The notes below the pieces were generated by a model. The model saw only the letters and a program-made list of their open reading frames with translations, was not told the DNA's origin and did not search any database. From assembly GCF_018977255.1 (NCBI RefSeq), contig NW_024704742.1, forward strand, positions 1,614,001 to 1,678,000: a DNA stretch of 64,000 bases, in the 5' to 3' direction. The first letter of the stretch is position 1. Every line of letters starts with the position of its first letter. Of the stretch, positions 35,634 through 48,430 are shown in pieces. Source of the DNA: Callorhinchus milii. Taxonomy: Eukaryota. A program made the translations under genes and the position numbers.

Positions 35634-38349
35634 TGAGCAAAGCATGAATTTTTGCTGGGAAGGGTAGAGGAATGAAGGTGTATGAGTTCATACGGGCAAC
35701 CTGTTACAGTCATTAAATACCTCTGAGTAAAGAAAAACTTTATTATATCTGTCCTAAAACTGCCAATTGTGACTAAACCTATGGCCTCTTGTTCTATTAT
35801 CTTAGTGCATCCCAAAATATTGATCTGGGTTTACTTTTTCAATCCTATTTAAAGTGTTATCCACGTATAAAGTCCTCTCCCGAGATGTCTTCTCTCAAGA
35901 CTGGGTTAATGTGGTTGATTGAAGCGAAGCATTGCTCATGAATTGCTGGCTGGAATTTTCTGTGGATAACATAACTAGAGGTAGAGTCTTCTCCAACAGG
36001 TTTTTTTTTGATGTCTTGTTTTGTTGCCCGAATTTCCTCATGAATAATAACTGGGTCAACTTATCTGTCATGTGGTAGATGCAGGTATTCATTCATTCAG
36101 CCAGTGGCTGTTAATGCTATCTATTTACCTCTATTTCAATATAACTATTTTCAGTCCAGGGGCTAAAGGAGATAAAACAAAAGGGAGATACAAACTCTTT
36201 GTGTCGAGTAGTTTACAAGTGTTATGTACTTTTCTGCTTGCAACCATGCATGTATCTCACTCGCCCCCTGAGGCCACATGAAGCAGAATGTCAGTGAATT
36301 CAACACATTCAGACACTGTAAATGTTGTATTGAACGCTTCAGATTGAAAATTGCAGCGTTTTGTTTCATAATATTTGTTGCATTTCATAAAGCATTCAAT
36401 GCTGCGATAATTATCACATGGAACCCATTTATCAGATGCCACGAATTCTGCCTCTATCTGAAGCATTCACATGGTTTTCTTTGTGCTCGAGCATCTGATA
36501 CACTCTCGTGGCATCGTGTTGCTGTGGGAAACGTATTGAAGCTTTGAGGGGAGAGGAACAATAATAGAAAGGAATAAAGTGGGTTGTGGAATTTGATACT
36601 GTCAAAGTGGCTAGATATGGAGATAGGAAACGTACAATAAAGCACAGCCCTTCTCTATTTTCCTCCCAATACAGTTCTTCACTTTTAGTGCGAGAACAGT
36701 GCTTTCAAATGGCATTGAAATGCAATCATGAAAACCCATGTAAACACACGAGTCTGAGTGTCTGCACGTTTCTCATAGCTGTTTATTCTTCTCGGTAATG
36801 ATAGCTACTCACTCGCTAAATTGCCTCTCCTCATCGGCTCTCAAATTGCAAAAACTTTTACGTTCTGCATTTTGTTTGCTGCAGTTGCTGACCACAAACT
36901 CATTCCCACGTAAACATAGGGAGTGATCTGTTTACCGAAGCACGTATATGCCATCCACAGCCAGTCCTGGGGGAGCAGTTTTCTCTCTTGCAATTCGCTC
37001 TTGCATGCCATTGAGCTGCCTACACAACTGTGCACCGAGTCTTTACTGATGCTGGTTGGTATTTCTGGGGTAGAGTCACTGCGGGAGAATTCTCCTGTTA
37101 AAAAAAAATAGCTAATAAGGCAGCCGTCAGGAATGATTACAAATTCACACTTTTTTTCCCATTATGCGAAAGGAAGATGGCTTGAGACCACTTTTTTTTT
37201 TGTCTGTGCGCTCCCAACGCTTGACACCTTTCCTCTCACCAGCGACTGGAGCGGTCGTCTGTCTCCTAATGGAGGAAAAAATAATCATTTGCAACGAAGG
37301 TGTGTAGCAGCTGGTGATTAATGCATGTCATGATTAGTCTGAGCATGGAGGAAAGCATGGTCCTTGACTGCATCGAAAGTGGCTCAATCTCCAGCTTCCA
37401 TTTCTTAGATAGATTAAAAAAACAATTACTGACCCACTTACTTAAGATTACTGGGCATCATCATTCAGATGGGTTACTTGTGAGCTTTCTTGTCTGTCTT
37501 TGAAATGACGGGAAGTCATCAGTTTGGCTCCTGCGTTCTGTTTTACTGGCTGATGATCCTGCTGCTTTGTCTTGTGAGCCGGCTTCCACCCCCACCAACC
37601 CCCCCGTTCCTCCCCCCCCCCCCCCCCCCCACCTCCCCGATGTTATTTACTGATTTTTATAAAAGAAAGCCCGCAAACAGGAGAATAGAAAAGGTCGTGC
37701 GGGGGATTGGTCATGCTCACGTGTATTTCTGGCTTCGAAGGCCTGAGGGAATAGCCTCTCTTGAAATCTGAAGATCAATACAATATTAGATACTCGGGAG
37801 TCAGCTCGAAGTCTAAAATCTAATCTAGGGGTTATATTGGACAACGCGTGCAGTCATTTGTGCGTTAGCAGAGCAGTGGACTAGTCATGAACTTCGAGGG
37901 AGGAACACGAACATCTATGTTCCTTTCATCGTTGCCTTACAGGAAACACACAGGAATACCTTGCTAAAAAGCAGAACCAGCATCGTCTGAGAGTCGAGGA
38001 GCGATATCGTTGAAATGTCTGTTCCTTTTGTTCTCCCGATGTTTTTTTCCTGTCCGGGTCAACTCTGGAATACAGCTGATCTGTTCTCAGAGCTTGGCAA
38101 AGGACAGCGTTAAAAAACAACTGTGAGAAGATGTGTAAGAGCACTGCGGTGATGAATGCCTTTCTCTCTCTGTCCCCTTGTAAGGGAGGAGAGAGGGAGG
38201 GAGGGAGCTACTGTTTTAACAGTACAATGCAGTACTGTGTAGTAATGATTAGGGGGAGACTTGTAATTCAGTGGTTAGAAGGTGAAGTAAAGGCCAACAG
38301 AAAATATCACAGCTTGACATTCAGATGATGTTGATCAATTGAGTTTAGT

Positions 38350-38700
38350 TCCGCCCTAACGGGGAGGGTGGTCCTTGCTGGACAAGCAGCGAGAAAGCTT
38401 GAGGGGCAGCAATATCAATGGCAAGCTGTACGGTTTTCACTGGTTAGACTCCCCATCAGCTACCACAACGCACACTCTGGGATTTTCCAAGCCTTGGCTC
38501 TTGCCGACCCTGCGCCTAATACTTTCTGGAATTAGGTCAGCAGGAAGCGTCCCTCCAGAGAGAGAGCGAGAGAGAGAGGGAGAGAGCGTATTCCATTCCA
38601 ACAACCCATCTCTGGGATTTCCATGTGTAGGTGGGAGATGTGGAAATCTCAGCTTGGTTCGGATAATCTTTAAGCAACGGACACCCGGCTGAAAAGAAAA
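38350..38700 (+). mobile_element. Unclassified repeat, 3' part (copy D)
   Basis: AGGGTGGTCCT.GCTGGACAAGCAGCG.GAAAGCTTG...TATCAATG.CAAG...CCAAGCCTTGG shared with copy A; internal (GA)n expansion; A-rich end. Confidence 0.82.
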
Positions 38701-38779
38701 GTAGTTTGCCTGGAAATGATGCTCAAGCTGAATAGCATTTTTGGTCGGACCTCAGCTGGAATATCACAACTCCTCCTCA

Positions 38780-39050
38780 GAACATAAGAATTTGCTGGCG
38801 AAGGAAGACCAAGGCACATCTAGCTCGCCTTCCACCAGACTGCCAGTCGCTGGACATGTCGTGTCCCGAACTTTATACGATATCCCGAGATCTTATTTTC
38901 CAGCAGAAATCTACCGAGTTTGTTCGTTCTTGAAACGAAAAACATTTTCTGCTTCCACTGTCTCCCAAGGGAGCCTGTTTACGCAGTACTCCCGTGCAGG
39001 ATCTCAGATCAGCGGGTGGGTGAATTTCCTTTGAATGTAGATATTTCATG
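38780..39050 (-). mobile_element. CR1 LINE 3' end
   Basis: GAACATAAGAATTTGC...GGAAGACCAAGGC.CATCTAGCTCGCC terminus pattern. Confidence 0.65.
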
Positions 39051-40637
39051 TGCATTCCCTTGCATGTCCCGAATTTATGTTGTGTGGAAACCGCTGTGTT
39101 TGCTTAGGTTTCATTTTCACAGCCATCCTTTGGTGGTTAGTGACAGACACCTGGCTACTGTTGCCAACCAACTGTCCTCTTGTTTGTATGGTCTGATTTT
39201 AATTGGTGTGTTATCTAGTTTGATTTTATTGCCTGTTACGGGAAATTAGCGTGGCTCTTGCGCATTGTGCGTAGAATAATGAATACCTGGAAGGAGAATT
39301 GCAAAAACTGCAATTTAATCAAATCGTTCAGACAACATCCAAACCTACGAAAATGAAGATGGAGTGGTTTATAACCACACTCTCAATCCAAGATCACATT
39401 ATATAGCTTTGAACTCCCTCTCCGGTGCCTATTTTGAATATACATTCATGTAATCTTCTATTCCCTTTGTCTGCGAGCGTTTAATTTCAATTTGAGACAT
39501 GCTTTTGCTGTTGATGGCTGACAGGAAACGTCCCATTCTTGATCTGTCATAATGTTCACCGATAGATGACGCTGGCAAGAGTCATAATCGTTTCTTTTAA
39601 TCCCCTGCTCATTTGAAGGTATAGCTATCTTTTTTTTTTTGAAAGGCCCCCAAATTAAACTGCACAAAATTCAAACGCACACCTTGTTTTGGCTTATTTC
39701 AGAACTCGCTGCATAGCACAGCCTGCTGAGCATTCATTCATGTGTGTATTTGGGTTTGTAGTTTTATCATTGGAGTGAATTACCACAGGGGATCTGGAAA
39801 CATGTAACCCAGTTCATAGGATAAATCGCGGCTGAAGCCTTTCAATTGGGACGGAAAGAAATAAAATATCTCATTTATTAGCTTGCTCCAATAAAGGAAA
39901 ATCCGATTTTTAAATACACCGAGGATTTAACGGCACTTGACGATGATGATGATTGTAATAAACAGAGACAATATTGCGTTATTTCTTAATGGATTTCTTA
40001 ATTAAGAAATCTGGAACTCACTGATGCTAATTCGAGAGAAAGGGAGTTCAGCTCAATCCATATTCCGAGTGAGATTTGTTTGATGTGAAAGGTTTGTCTT
40101 ATCAGCGCAAGTGATGGTTGTTCAAAGAAAAAGATAATGGATTTAGCTTATTTTCCAGCCTGACTGATGGTTATTTTGTTGGTGTTTTTTGTTGGTTGTT
40201 TTATTATTTCGTTTCCTGCGTGATGGCACGCTGTGCGCCAGCAGATTTTCTTTCCTTAATTGCAATTTTATTTAATCAGCAAGCACGACCGTACACCCTC
40301 CCCCCCACCCCCAAAAAATCACTGAGCCATTTGAAATCATGAACCTGTGCATTCTTGAAGAAGATAGATTTAATACTGATATCAAAACATTGCGATTTTC
40401 TTTTTAAAACATCCATTGTTCAGGTTTTGTGCTCTTCTTTCTCCCTTTGACTGTTTTCTCCCCTCTACGGGTATGTGTCTCCCTCCGCGTTGTAATGTCA
40501 GAAGACCACAGTGGTCAGGAGGCGCACATTGCAAGAGCTTCTATTCCCCCCTCCAACCCCGAAACTGAAGGCTCCACCACAGCTTTGGCACAGTCCTTCC
40601 ACGCAGCACAGCAGAGCTGTAGTCAGCCCCTTGCCAC

Positions 40638-40999
40638 ATAATAATAATCCTTGCATTTGATACAGCGCCTCATCATGTCTTCGAGGCGTCTCAAAGCGCT
40701 TTGCAGAAGTATACTGTAAAGTAAATTGACTGTGTTCGGTGGCCGAAATGGGGTAAAAGATTGCGCACAGCGATGTCCCACAGTCGTGGATTGAGTGACC
40801 ACGATTTATTTTTTTGAGGGTTTATATTACCCCCCCCGGAAAAGCGATCTGCCAATTGACTACCAACCGGGTTTCCTACTTACTGCTGGGTGAACACAGG
40901 CGTGTGTCGTGAGTAAACTTACCCAAAGTTTCGCCCTTCCCGGGAATCGAACCCAGGTCCTCTCGCTTGCGAGCGCTCTAACCACTAAACTACAGGACT
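40638..40999 (-). mobile_element. tRNA-SINE, long form, full length
   Basis: Minus-strand head GTCCTGTAGTTTAGTGGTTAGAGCG...GGTTCGATTCCC, central segment, Deu body and tail. Confidence 0.9.
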
Positions 41000-41449
41000 G
41001 CCCCAGTACTGATCCTCCCCTTGATGCTGCCTCTGCTCAGCTCTCTTTTACGTGGCCTGGATTGGTAATTTGAGGAGCACAAACTACACATGTTTGGAGT
41101 AGCGTTGTGAGATAAATCGTATCAATTACGTTTACTCAATCTCTGTTACATCAAGGCAGCAGCATAGGCTCGATGGGTCAAAACGTCTCCTTTTGAGTCA
41201 TTTCTCTTATGTCTTGAGACCTCTGAACACAGTTCTTACAGTAATTTTTTAATCCTGACTTAAAACAACGGACAGAGTGGTGAGGGTGTCAGGAGGGATC
41301 TCTATATTCCCTGCTGGTGGAGGGAAGGAATGGCAGACGGAAAGACGGCATTGTGTGTGTTTGGGGAGGCTCGGAATAATGGCTTTATCACTATGGTCGA
41401 GTCTGCCTTTGTGGCTCTGAATTCACAGCTTTCTCGGGCCCTCGAGTCG

Positions 41450-41745
41450 AGAATCTGAAGGACCTGAATGTCGGAGAACCATTAGTTATATTCACTGTCG
41501 GCAATGTTTTTTGGCAAGGAGTATAATCTGGATTGAGTGCATTGCAAGGGTGCTTAAGGAAGTAGGTGATCAAATCACTGGATAGCAATATGAAGTCAAT
41601 CTCCCCCCCCCCACCCCACCCGCCCCACTGCCCAGATGAGATCAGCTAACTCTAGACACGATTGATTTGGGACCTGCTGAGCCTGTGCGAGTCTGTTCCT
41701 CCTCCAGGCAGTAGATTTTACCAGCTCGAACCATCAGCGAAGCTG
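41450..41745 (-). mobile_element. Ancient SINE-like remnant of a different family
   Basis: Minus strand CTGATGGTTCGAGCTGGTAAAT...GAGTTAGCTGATCTCA...GCTATCCAGTGA resembles an old SINE I recall from cartilaginous fishes; 58700-58900 may be its 3' part. Confidence 0.4.
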
Positions 41746-43201
41746 GTGGAATAGATCGATAAATTAACCCAGCTGCAAATATCAAGCGTTTTATTGGAAA
41801 TCTTTCGACCTAATCCACAAGCAAGTCCAGTCACAGGTGAACAGCAGCGACCGTCGGTTGCCTTTGTTCAATAACCAGAGAGGTGTAAACGTGCCTGATG
41901 CACTGGGCAGGCTGGGCGCTGTGCCATTGCAAAGTAAGACCAGCGAGAAACATGACACGGCGTGCAATTAACTCCTGCCACTGTGGGCTCCTTCACATTC
42001 CTGTTCCAATTCGGAAATCTCAAAGCAGATGTCGGGCACTTGTGCTTGTAGTTGTGGGAGAGTGCACGAGCTGAAAATTTCAGGCTGTACGCGTTCCGCA
42101 TGCGACACGGAAGGGCAGCACAATAACCCAAAGGCGATCTGTAAAATAGACTATGACCCTTCGTTTCAGGGGGTTTATCTGCTCAAGTTAATGTTTCAAG
42201 GAATGGAATGCAATAAAAATATAGCTGTACGCGATTTAACCCTTTAGCGCCCGCAATTCCTTTGTGTAGATAGATCCTTTAATAGAGGCTGACTTTTACA
42301 CGGTAAGCATTCTGGGGCGCCTGTCTCTCAACCTCTCGGTTGAATTGCCTCAAAGACACATTGCAGATAACGGCGTTAATCAGTGCGAACAGAGCAGTGG
42401 AGTGGGGGAGCTGTACTGACGGGTACATTGTGTTTACACGAAACAATAGAAACCCTGAAAAAAAAACAACGCAGCAAGCAAGATCCGAGTAGACTGAAAG
42501 ATATGTTCTTTCCATTTGTCTTTTTTTTTATATATTGACAAGCTCGGCACATACAAAAGCCTCGAAGGTGAACTTTAATTTGGGACATCAACTGCATTGG
42601 AAATGAATTTCCTGCCACAGAAACTGCGACCGAGTACTCAGAATTGAAGTAGTGCAGAGGAGGTAGTTCCAGCTCCCCGGGTTACCACTTGAATAAGATG
42701 CCTCTCTATGTATAAGCCAAATTCTTTTATTCCAGTGAATAGACGGCTTTAATCTAACGGTGGCAGTTTTACTTCTATAAGATGTACCAATTTACATTGG
42801 GCAATCACTCCAGCCCAGCAGCCTGATGCATACAAATATGTATTGCACAGATAAGGTTGTTCCTTATGTTTAATGTACAGATGGACAAGTGTCCCAGAAT
42901 TTTTCTTCACTTCGTGGCTATTTGTGGGATGTCGCTGTACAGAAATTGGCCGTCTGCCTTCCCTACAAAATACGCAGTCACTGCACTTTACAGTGAATTC
43001 CATGGACGCACCTTGAGACGTCTTTCTGACCTGAAAGGTGCCACATCAAATGCAAGTATTATTAAGGGAATGTGCTGGATATGAAAAGGGGAGCTTAGAA
43101 AATCTTATATTTAGAAAGAGGATTAATAATATTCAGCTTTTCATTTGATACAGCCTCTTTCACACCGACAGGATGTCTCAAAATGTTGAGTAGCATCTTC
43201 T

Positions 43202-43515
43202 GGAGTCCTGTAGCTCAGTGGTTAGAGCACTCACCTCGTAAGCGAGAGACCCGGGTTCGATTCCCGGCAGGGCAAAACCTTGGGCGAGTTTCCTTACTCC
43301 ACACGCCTGATAATAATCCCTCAAAAATAAACAATAATAAATTGGTCACTTCAATGGACGACTGTTTGTGGGACAGACGCCGCTGTGCACAATTGGCTGC
43401 CGCGTTTCGTCCACAAATATACAGTCAATTCACTTTACAGTCTATTCTGTGAAGCGCTTTGGGACATCTCGAAGACGTGAAAAGCACTATATCAAATGTA
43501 CGGATTATTATTATT
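43202..43515 (+). mobile_element. Full-length tRNA-SINE (short form) nested in an older minus-strand SINE
   Basis: A box TAGCTCAGTGG and perfect B box GGTTCGATTCC; host SINE tail at 43125-43200 resumes at 43516-43550. Confidence 0.93.
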
Positions 43516-43589
43516 GTAAAATGGAGTGACTGTGTATATCGTAGGTGAACACCTACATTGCGAATGCCTTATGGAACGTGAATGCCTCA

Positions 43590-43810
43590 CAATACAATAC
43601 TTTTTATACTAATATAATGGTTTCACATGGAAAGGATAGACATTGCTTCCACAATTTACCACAAATAGCTGTGGAAGCTGAGCCTATAAAGGTATGTCAA
43701 CTGGAATTAGAGACTGTCATAATATTAAAAGCTGATATTACAGGAATGGGATTAAAGTAGATGGCGACAGCACAGTCACAATGAGTCAAATGACTGCCTT
43801 CTGTGCCGGT
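43590..43810 (+). mobile_element. CR1 LINE 3' end, diverged
   Basis: TTTACCACAAATAGCTGTGGAAGCTGAG...GGAATTAGA...GCACAGTCACAATGAGTCAAATGACTGCCTTCTGTGCC. Confidence 0.6.
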
Positions 43811-46254
43811 GGGTGCAATTTGCAAAATAACTTGGTATATTAAGATTAATCTTTTTTTCCCTAAGACTCTGCAGGTTAGGATTGAAAGGGGGTGAAATTA
43901 TTGAAGGATCACGGCTGACGTGTTAATTGATGTCTGCCGGTCAAGGCACCTTAGGAGAGATTTCTTTGTCGCATATAGCCTACTTTGAGAGGCTTGAAAA
44001 GAGCTTTAATGAACAAAGTTCTTGGGTTCCTAAATCCAAGCATATGTCTGGGCTAAAAGGATCACAGTCTGTCAGCAAGCTGTTTGCCTTTGCTAAAAGC
44101 CTACATACTGGGGTTTAAATAGTGGAGTTTGTGACTGGCTTCCTCAGGAGTATGTTGCGACAACCCACGGGAACTCCCATCTATTGAGATCTACGTCTGA
44201 AACAGCGTTCCCATGGACCAACAGGAATATCCCGGGAGAAATTCCACCTTTATTTATGCGTCTATAATTCGGCAAATTGTGGACTTCACTTGTCTTAACT
44301 TTCGAAACCATCGTAATGTATTTCTTAAAAGAAACTTCCAGGAAACTGGCTTCAACGTGAAGTGTACGAGTTTGCCAAATCTTCCGTTGAGTAATTCTCA
44401 GACCCACCCGAGCGGAATTCCTCCCCCAGTTGGAATAATGAAACAATGCAAATTATTTCCAACACGATATTCTTCGCCTAGAAAGTTCACGGTCACTACA
44501 CTTGCGGGGGAATGTTGCGAAGTGCTTTTGGGAGTATGTCCTCCTCACAAGAGAAGTGCTCTACCAAATGCAAGGGGTATTATTATAGATTGCTAATTAG
44601 TCTCTATTGTTTTGCAATACTTCAACCTTATCCTCTGTCTGAACTCTGTATTTGAAGACAATGCAATGTCGTAATACAGTGTCACAATCAAAGCTTCAAA
44701 ATCAAGCGCATAAGGGGACGGTTTAGGGATTTTCCCAAAAAATGTGGGATTCCTAATCTTGAAGCCAAACACCCGACTTGAACTATGGAAAAATAACGCG
44801 CTAACTGTGAAGAAGAGTCTTGAACAGTCCTTTTCGACCACCAAGCGCTTGAATGCCAACCTGACACTGAATCACAGATCGCAATCATCTTTCGAAGTTG
44901 TTCGAGAACTTCCCTGTCTGCTGCATGGCATTTTCTGGTGATGATCAGCCAGTCTGCGTCACCCAGACCTCAGGTGGAAGACCAAGGGATCGTACAGTGG
45001 GCCCCTGTGGACTTCCTGCCTGATTGTATTTTATTTGCTGGTGAAGAGCAGGGTGTTTGGAATCACAGTTAACTACTTATAGTGGAACTGTCGCAATGTG
45101 CACCACCGATCACTTAAAAGTGAATCTTTTTCTTTATATCCTGGGCAGACCACAGTTGACACGTGCATGAAAAAAAAATACTCTTACCGCTATAGTTTCG
45201 GCCCAACCTGCTGCAGTTTTTTTCCTCCCCCTGACGCAGCATTATTTTAGTGGAGGGGAGGAGATGGGCAAGGAACGCGGTTAGATGATGGTCTGTGTTT
45301 TGTATCTACATTTTCTCTGAAGCAGAAGGGGCTCCTTGAGCTTTTGACCCACTTGTAAATTGAATGCGGGAACAATTCCGCCGTTGAAAGGAACTAAAAG
45401 ATATTCAGCTGTTGCCAATGGAAGTGAGCTTGTCACAGTTCTTCAACTTATTAAATGCACTGATCTCCTGTATAGATACTACTCTTGCGCTTCAATTATT
45501 TTAGGTTGACTCAATGCGACCCTCTGCTTTCGAAGATGGCTTTTGTCCCCTCTTGGTTATCGGTATAAAGGGCAGTACGTTCGTGATGGCTGTTGAATAT
45601 AATCCTTCCCATTCCTTTCACATTGGCGTGTGTTCCGAAGAAAGCACTTGAAAATTAAATCATTATCGGAAGGATTTGAGTCCAGTGGTAATTGGTAACC
45701 AGCAAGCCGTTTGTCTTTGGAATTATGGAATTCTGATTATTATTACTACCCGCAAGGTCGTAATACTACTCAGCACTGAATTGCTTTTCACTGAGATTTC
45801 TCTAAAGTGCGCTCATTTTGTCGGCGAACTAAGCAGCCAATTTACGCACAGCAATATCCCCAAAACGTCCATGAAGTGAATGACCAATATTATGTAGGGA
45901 ATTGTTGGCCAGGACACTGGGAGAAACTCCCGTCTCTTTTCGAGTAGTGCTGACGGAGCTGAAACTTCCACCTGAACTTTGATTTAACGTCTTCTCCGAC
46001 TGCTACCAGCTGGGCCTGGCTGACACCGGAATCTGTGGCAGAGGGGGTGCGTTGTGCTGTGATGTTTATTCAAGTGTAAACTCCCCACACGAGTGTTTGC
46101 GTACCCTACAGCCTCAGAACTTTCTAATTCCTGCTAAGCCAATTCTTCGGGCGGTATCTGACTGCGAACGTTACACAGTCGCAGTAAGACAGAGTCGCTC
46201 CACGGCTGACAGCTTGCCTCAGATTGTCACGTTCTCGCCTCAGGGTTTGATGGT

Positions 46255-46560
46255 ATTGGGTTGAAGTTCCAGGTTGGGTTTGAGCTCGTGGAGAAGACTG
46301 ACACTCTTAGCGAAATACCAGGAGAGCACTGCGTTGTCTTGAGTGTCGTCTTTTGGGATGAGACATTAAGCTGAGGTCCAGTCTGCTTCGTTCAGGTGGA
46401 CCTTAAAGCTTCCGTGACAATGTCTCACTCGATGCTACTCGCCTGCTCCCTTTGCTAGCAATGCGAAGCGCCTTTGAGATGTCCTCCAGAAAAGAAAGGC
46501 ACAAAGTAAATGTAAATTGCATTGTATAAATAAACACCCAAAATGCAAGGATTATTAATT
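46255..46560 (+). mobile_element. SacSINE1-like SINE, internally deleted
   Basis: GGATGAGACATTAAGCTGAGGTCCAGTCTGC..GTTCAGGTGGAC body and tail. Confidence 0.7.
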
Positions 46561-47577
46561 TAAAAGATAGAGAGTGACGTGCGTTCATGTTAATTCCCTG
46601 TTATTTTCACTGTTCTTGAGGTTATAGTGAAATATTTTGAATTTATAATAGAGATGTGTTGAGTATCTTCCATCTATTTCTTCTTAATTCTAACTTTTTG
46701 AAGGTATAAATATTTAATTAGAGAATAGCCCTTAAAAATCTGCCATAGAAAATGAAGATCTACATATTATATAAAAGCAAGATTTGAGTTTGCGTAGAAT
46801 TGAATACTGTGGATACAAATTGGGCTTCATAGCACCTTTTGTAATCTTAATTGAGTCTGTCAGTAATTTTTTTTTGAAATTCTGATTTTTTTTTCAATAT
46901 TTCTGCCCATTTTTTCTCGGGCTCTCAGTATTGTTTCTCCTGTTTTATTATAATAATAATAACCCATTAGCCAATTGCGCACAGCAGTATCCCACGAACT
47001 GTCATGGAGTGAGTGACCAATTTTATTTTATTTTTTTCTCATCTAAGACCATTCTCCATTAAACCCCCGCTCATGAACTTCCATTTTCGCTCACTCACAG
47101 CACAGCTCTGAGTGCCTCGCTCGCGATTCCCAGTGTTGCAATGCACATTCACGCCCTTGCGTTCAGGTGACTGAGAATGGGATCGAGTCCCGTTTTCGCC
47201 ACAGAAATGTGCATTTGTTCTGTGCAGTCATTATGTGCACTATATGGTGATGAAGGCGCTCAGGTCATAAGGGCATTATGTTGTGTCCCATTAAATTCCC
47301 TTCCAAAAGATCTTAAAATAACCTGGGGGAATTAGCCTCCCGTTGGTCATTATGACCATTAAGAAAGAAATCAGGCAGTAAATTAGCCTGATCAGCAAAC
47401 ACAGTACGGGTCCCAATTTTCCTCTGAACAATACTGAGGTGCCTAAGGTTCATAAGGTTACAGTAACCGACAAGGAAAAGGCGGCGTAAAGCACCTAATA
47501 CTGTCATGGTGAGCAGTAAACAAGGACACCGGTGCAGACAAGAGAGAATTGTACCCAGACAGGAGGAAAATGGATGC

Positions 47578-47790
47578 AGCAACAACATTCATTTATGGTG
47601 TGCCCTTCATGTCTTGGAGCACTTTACAGTGGTGGGGTTTGATGCGGAGCAAGGGAGCAGGGGAGATACCCATAGATTTGTGTGAAGAGCTGGGAATTAA
47701 GGTGGGATTTAAAGACCGACAGGGTTTGAGGTGAAGGAAAAGTGTTTGGGAGTTCCGGAGATAAGCGACATAGTGACTGGAGGCCACAAA
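47578..47790 (-). mobile_element. L2 LINE 3' end
   Basis: CAACAACATTCATTTAT tail through GGGAGTTCCGGAG. Confidence 0.55.
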
Positions 47791-48084
47791 GCTATGTTTC
47801 AGCAAGGCTTGCTGGATTCTTTTCATTTAAAAGTTTTTCTTTTTTGTTTTATTGAATTCATTTGTTTATTATGTTCAGTGTTTTCTTCAGAAGAGGTATA
47901 ACAGACAATAACAGCTAAAGGAATCATAAAACGCGAAATGCAAGAGCCTCTGTTAGAAAGGGAATTAGAACGGTGTAGTCTCCTGCATCCTCGCTGCGAT
48001 GTTTGTGTCAACTTAAGAAAGATTATGGGACAAAAGGTTGTGCGTTCCAGTCACAGGTTACAACTTAAAACCAATAAAGTCTAT

Positions 48085-48430
48085 ACTGGTGTTCCAATGC
48101 AGGGCTGGGAGGGGTTTGGTGTTGTCAGAGGTGCCGTCCTTCAGATGAGACAATAAACCCAGACCCCCTTTACCTGTTCAGGTGAATGTTAAATATCCCT
48201 GGCATTATTCAGAAAGAGAAGGGAGTTTCTCCTGGTGTTATTAACAAACATTCCCCAGGATAAAATTAGCCATTTACTCCGTGGCTGTTTGTGAGACACT
48301 GACGTGCGTAAAATTGGCTGCTTTGATCGTCCACAAAATGTACAGTCACTGCTCTTTACACAAGACCCTGTGACGTGCTTTGAGATGCGCTCTTGTTGTG
48401 AGAATTGCTATATCAAATGCAGGAAATCCT
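48085..48430 (+). mobile_element. SacSINE1-like SINE
   Basis: GTCAGAGGTGCCGTCCTTCAGATGAGAC...GGGAGTTTCTCCTGGTG, then tail. Confidence 0.82.
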
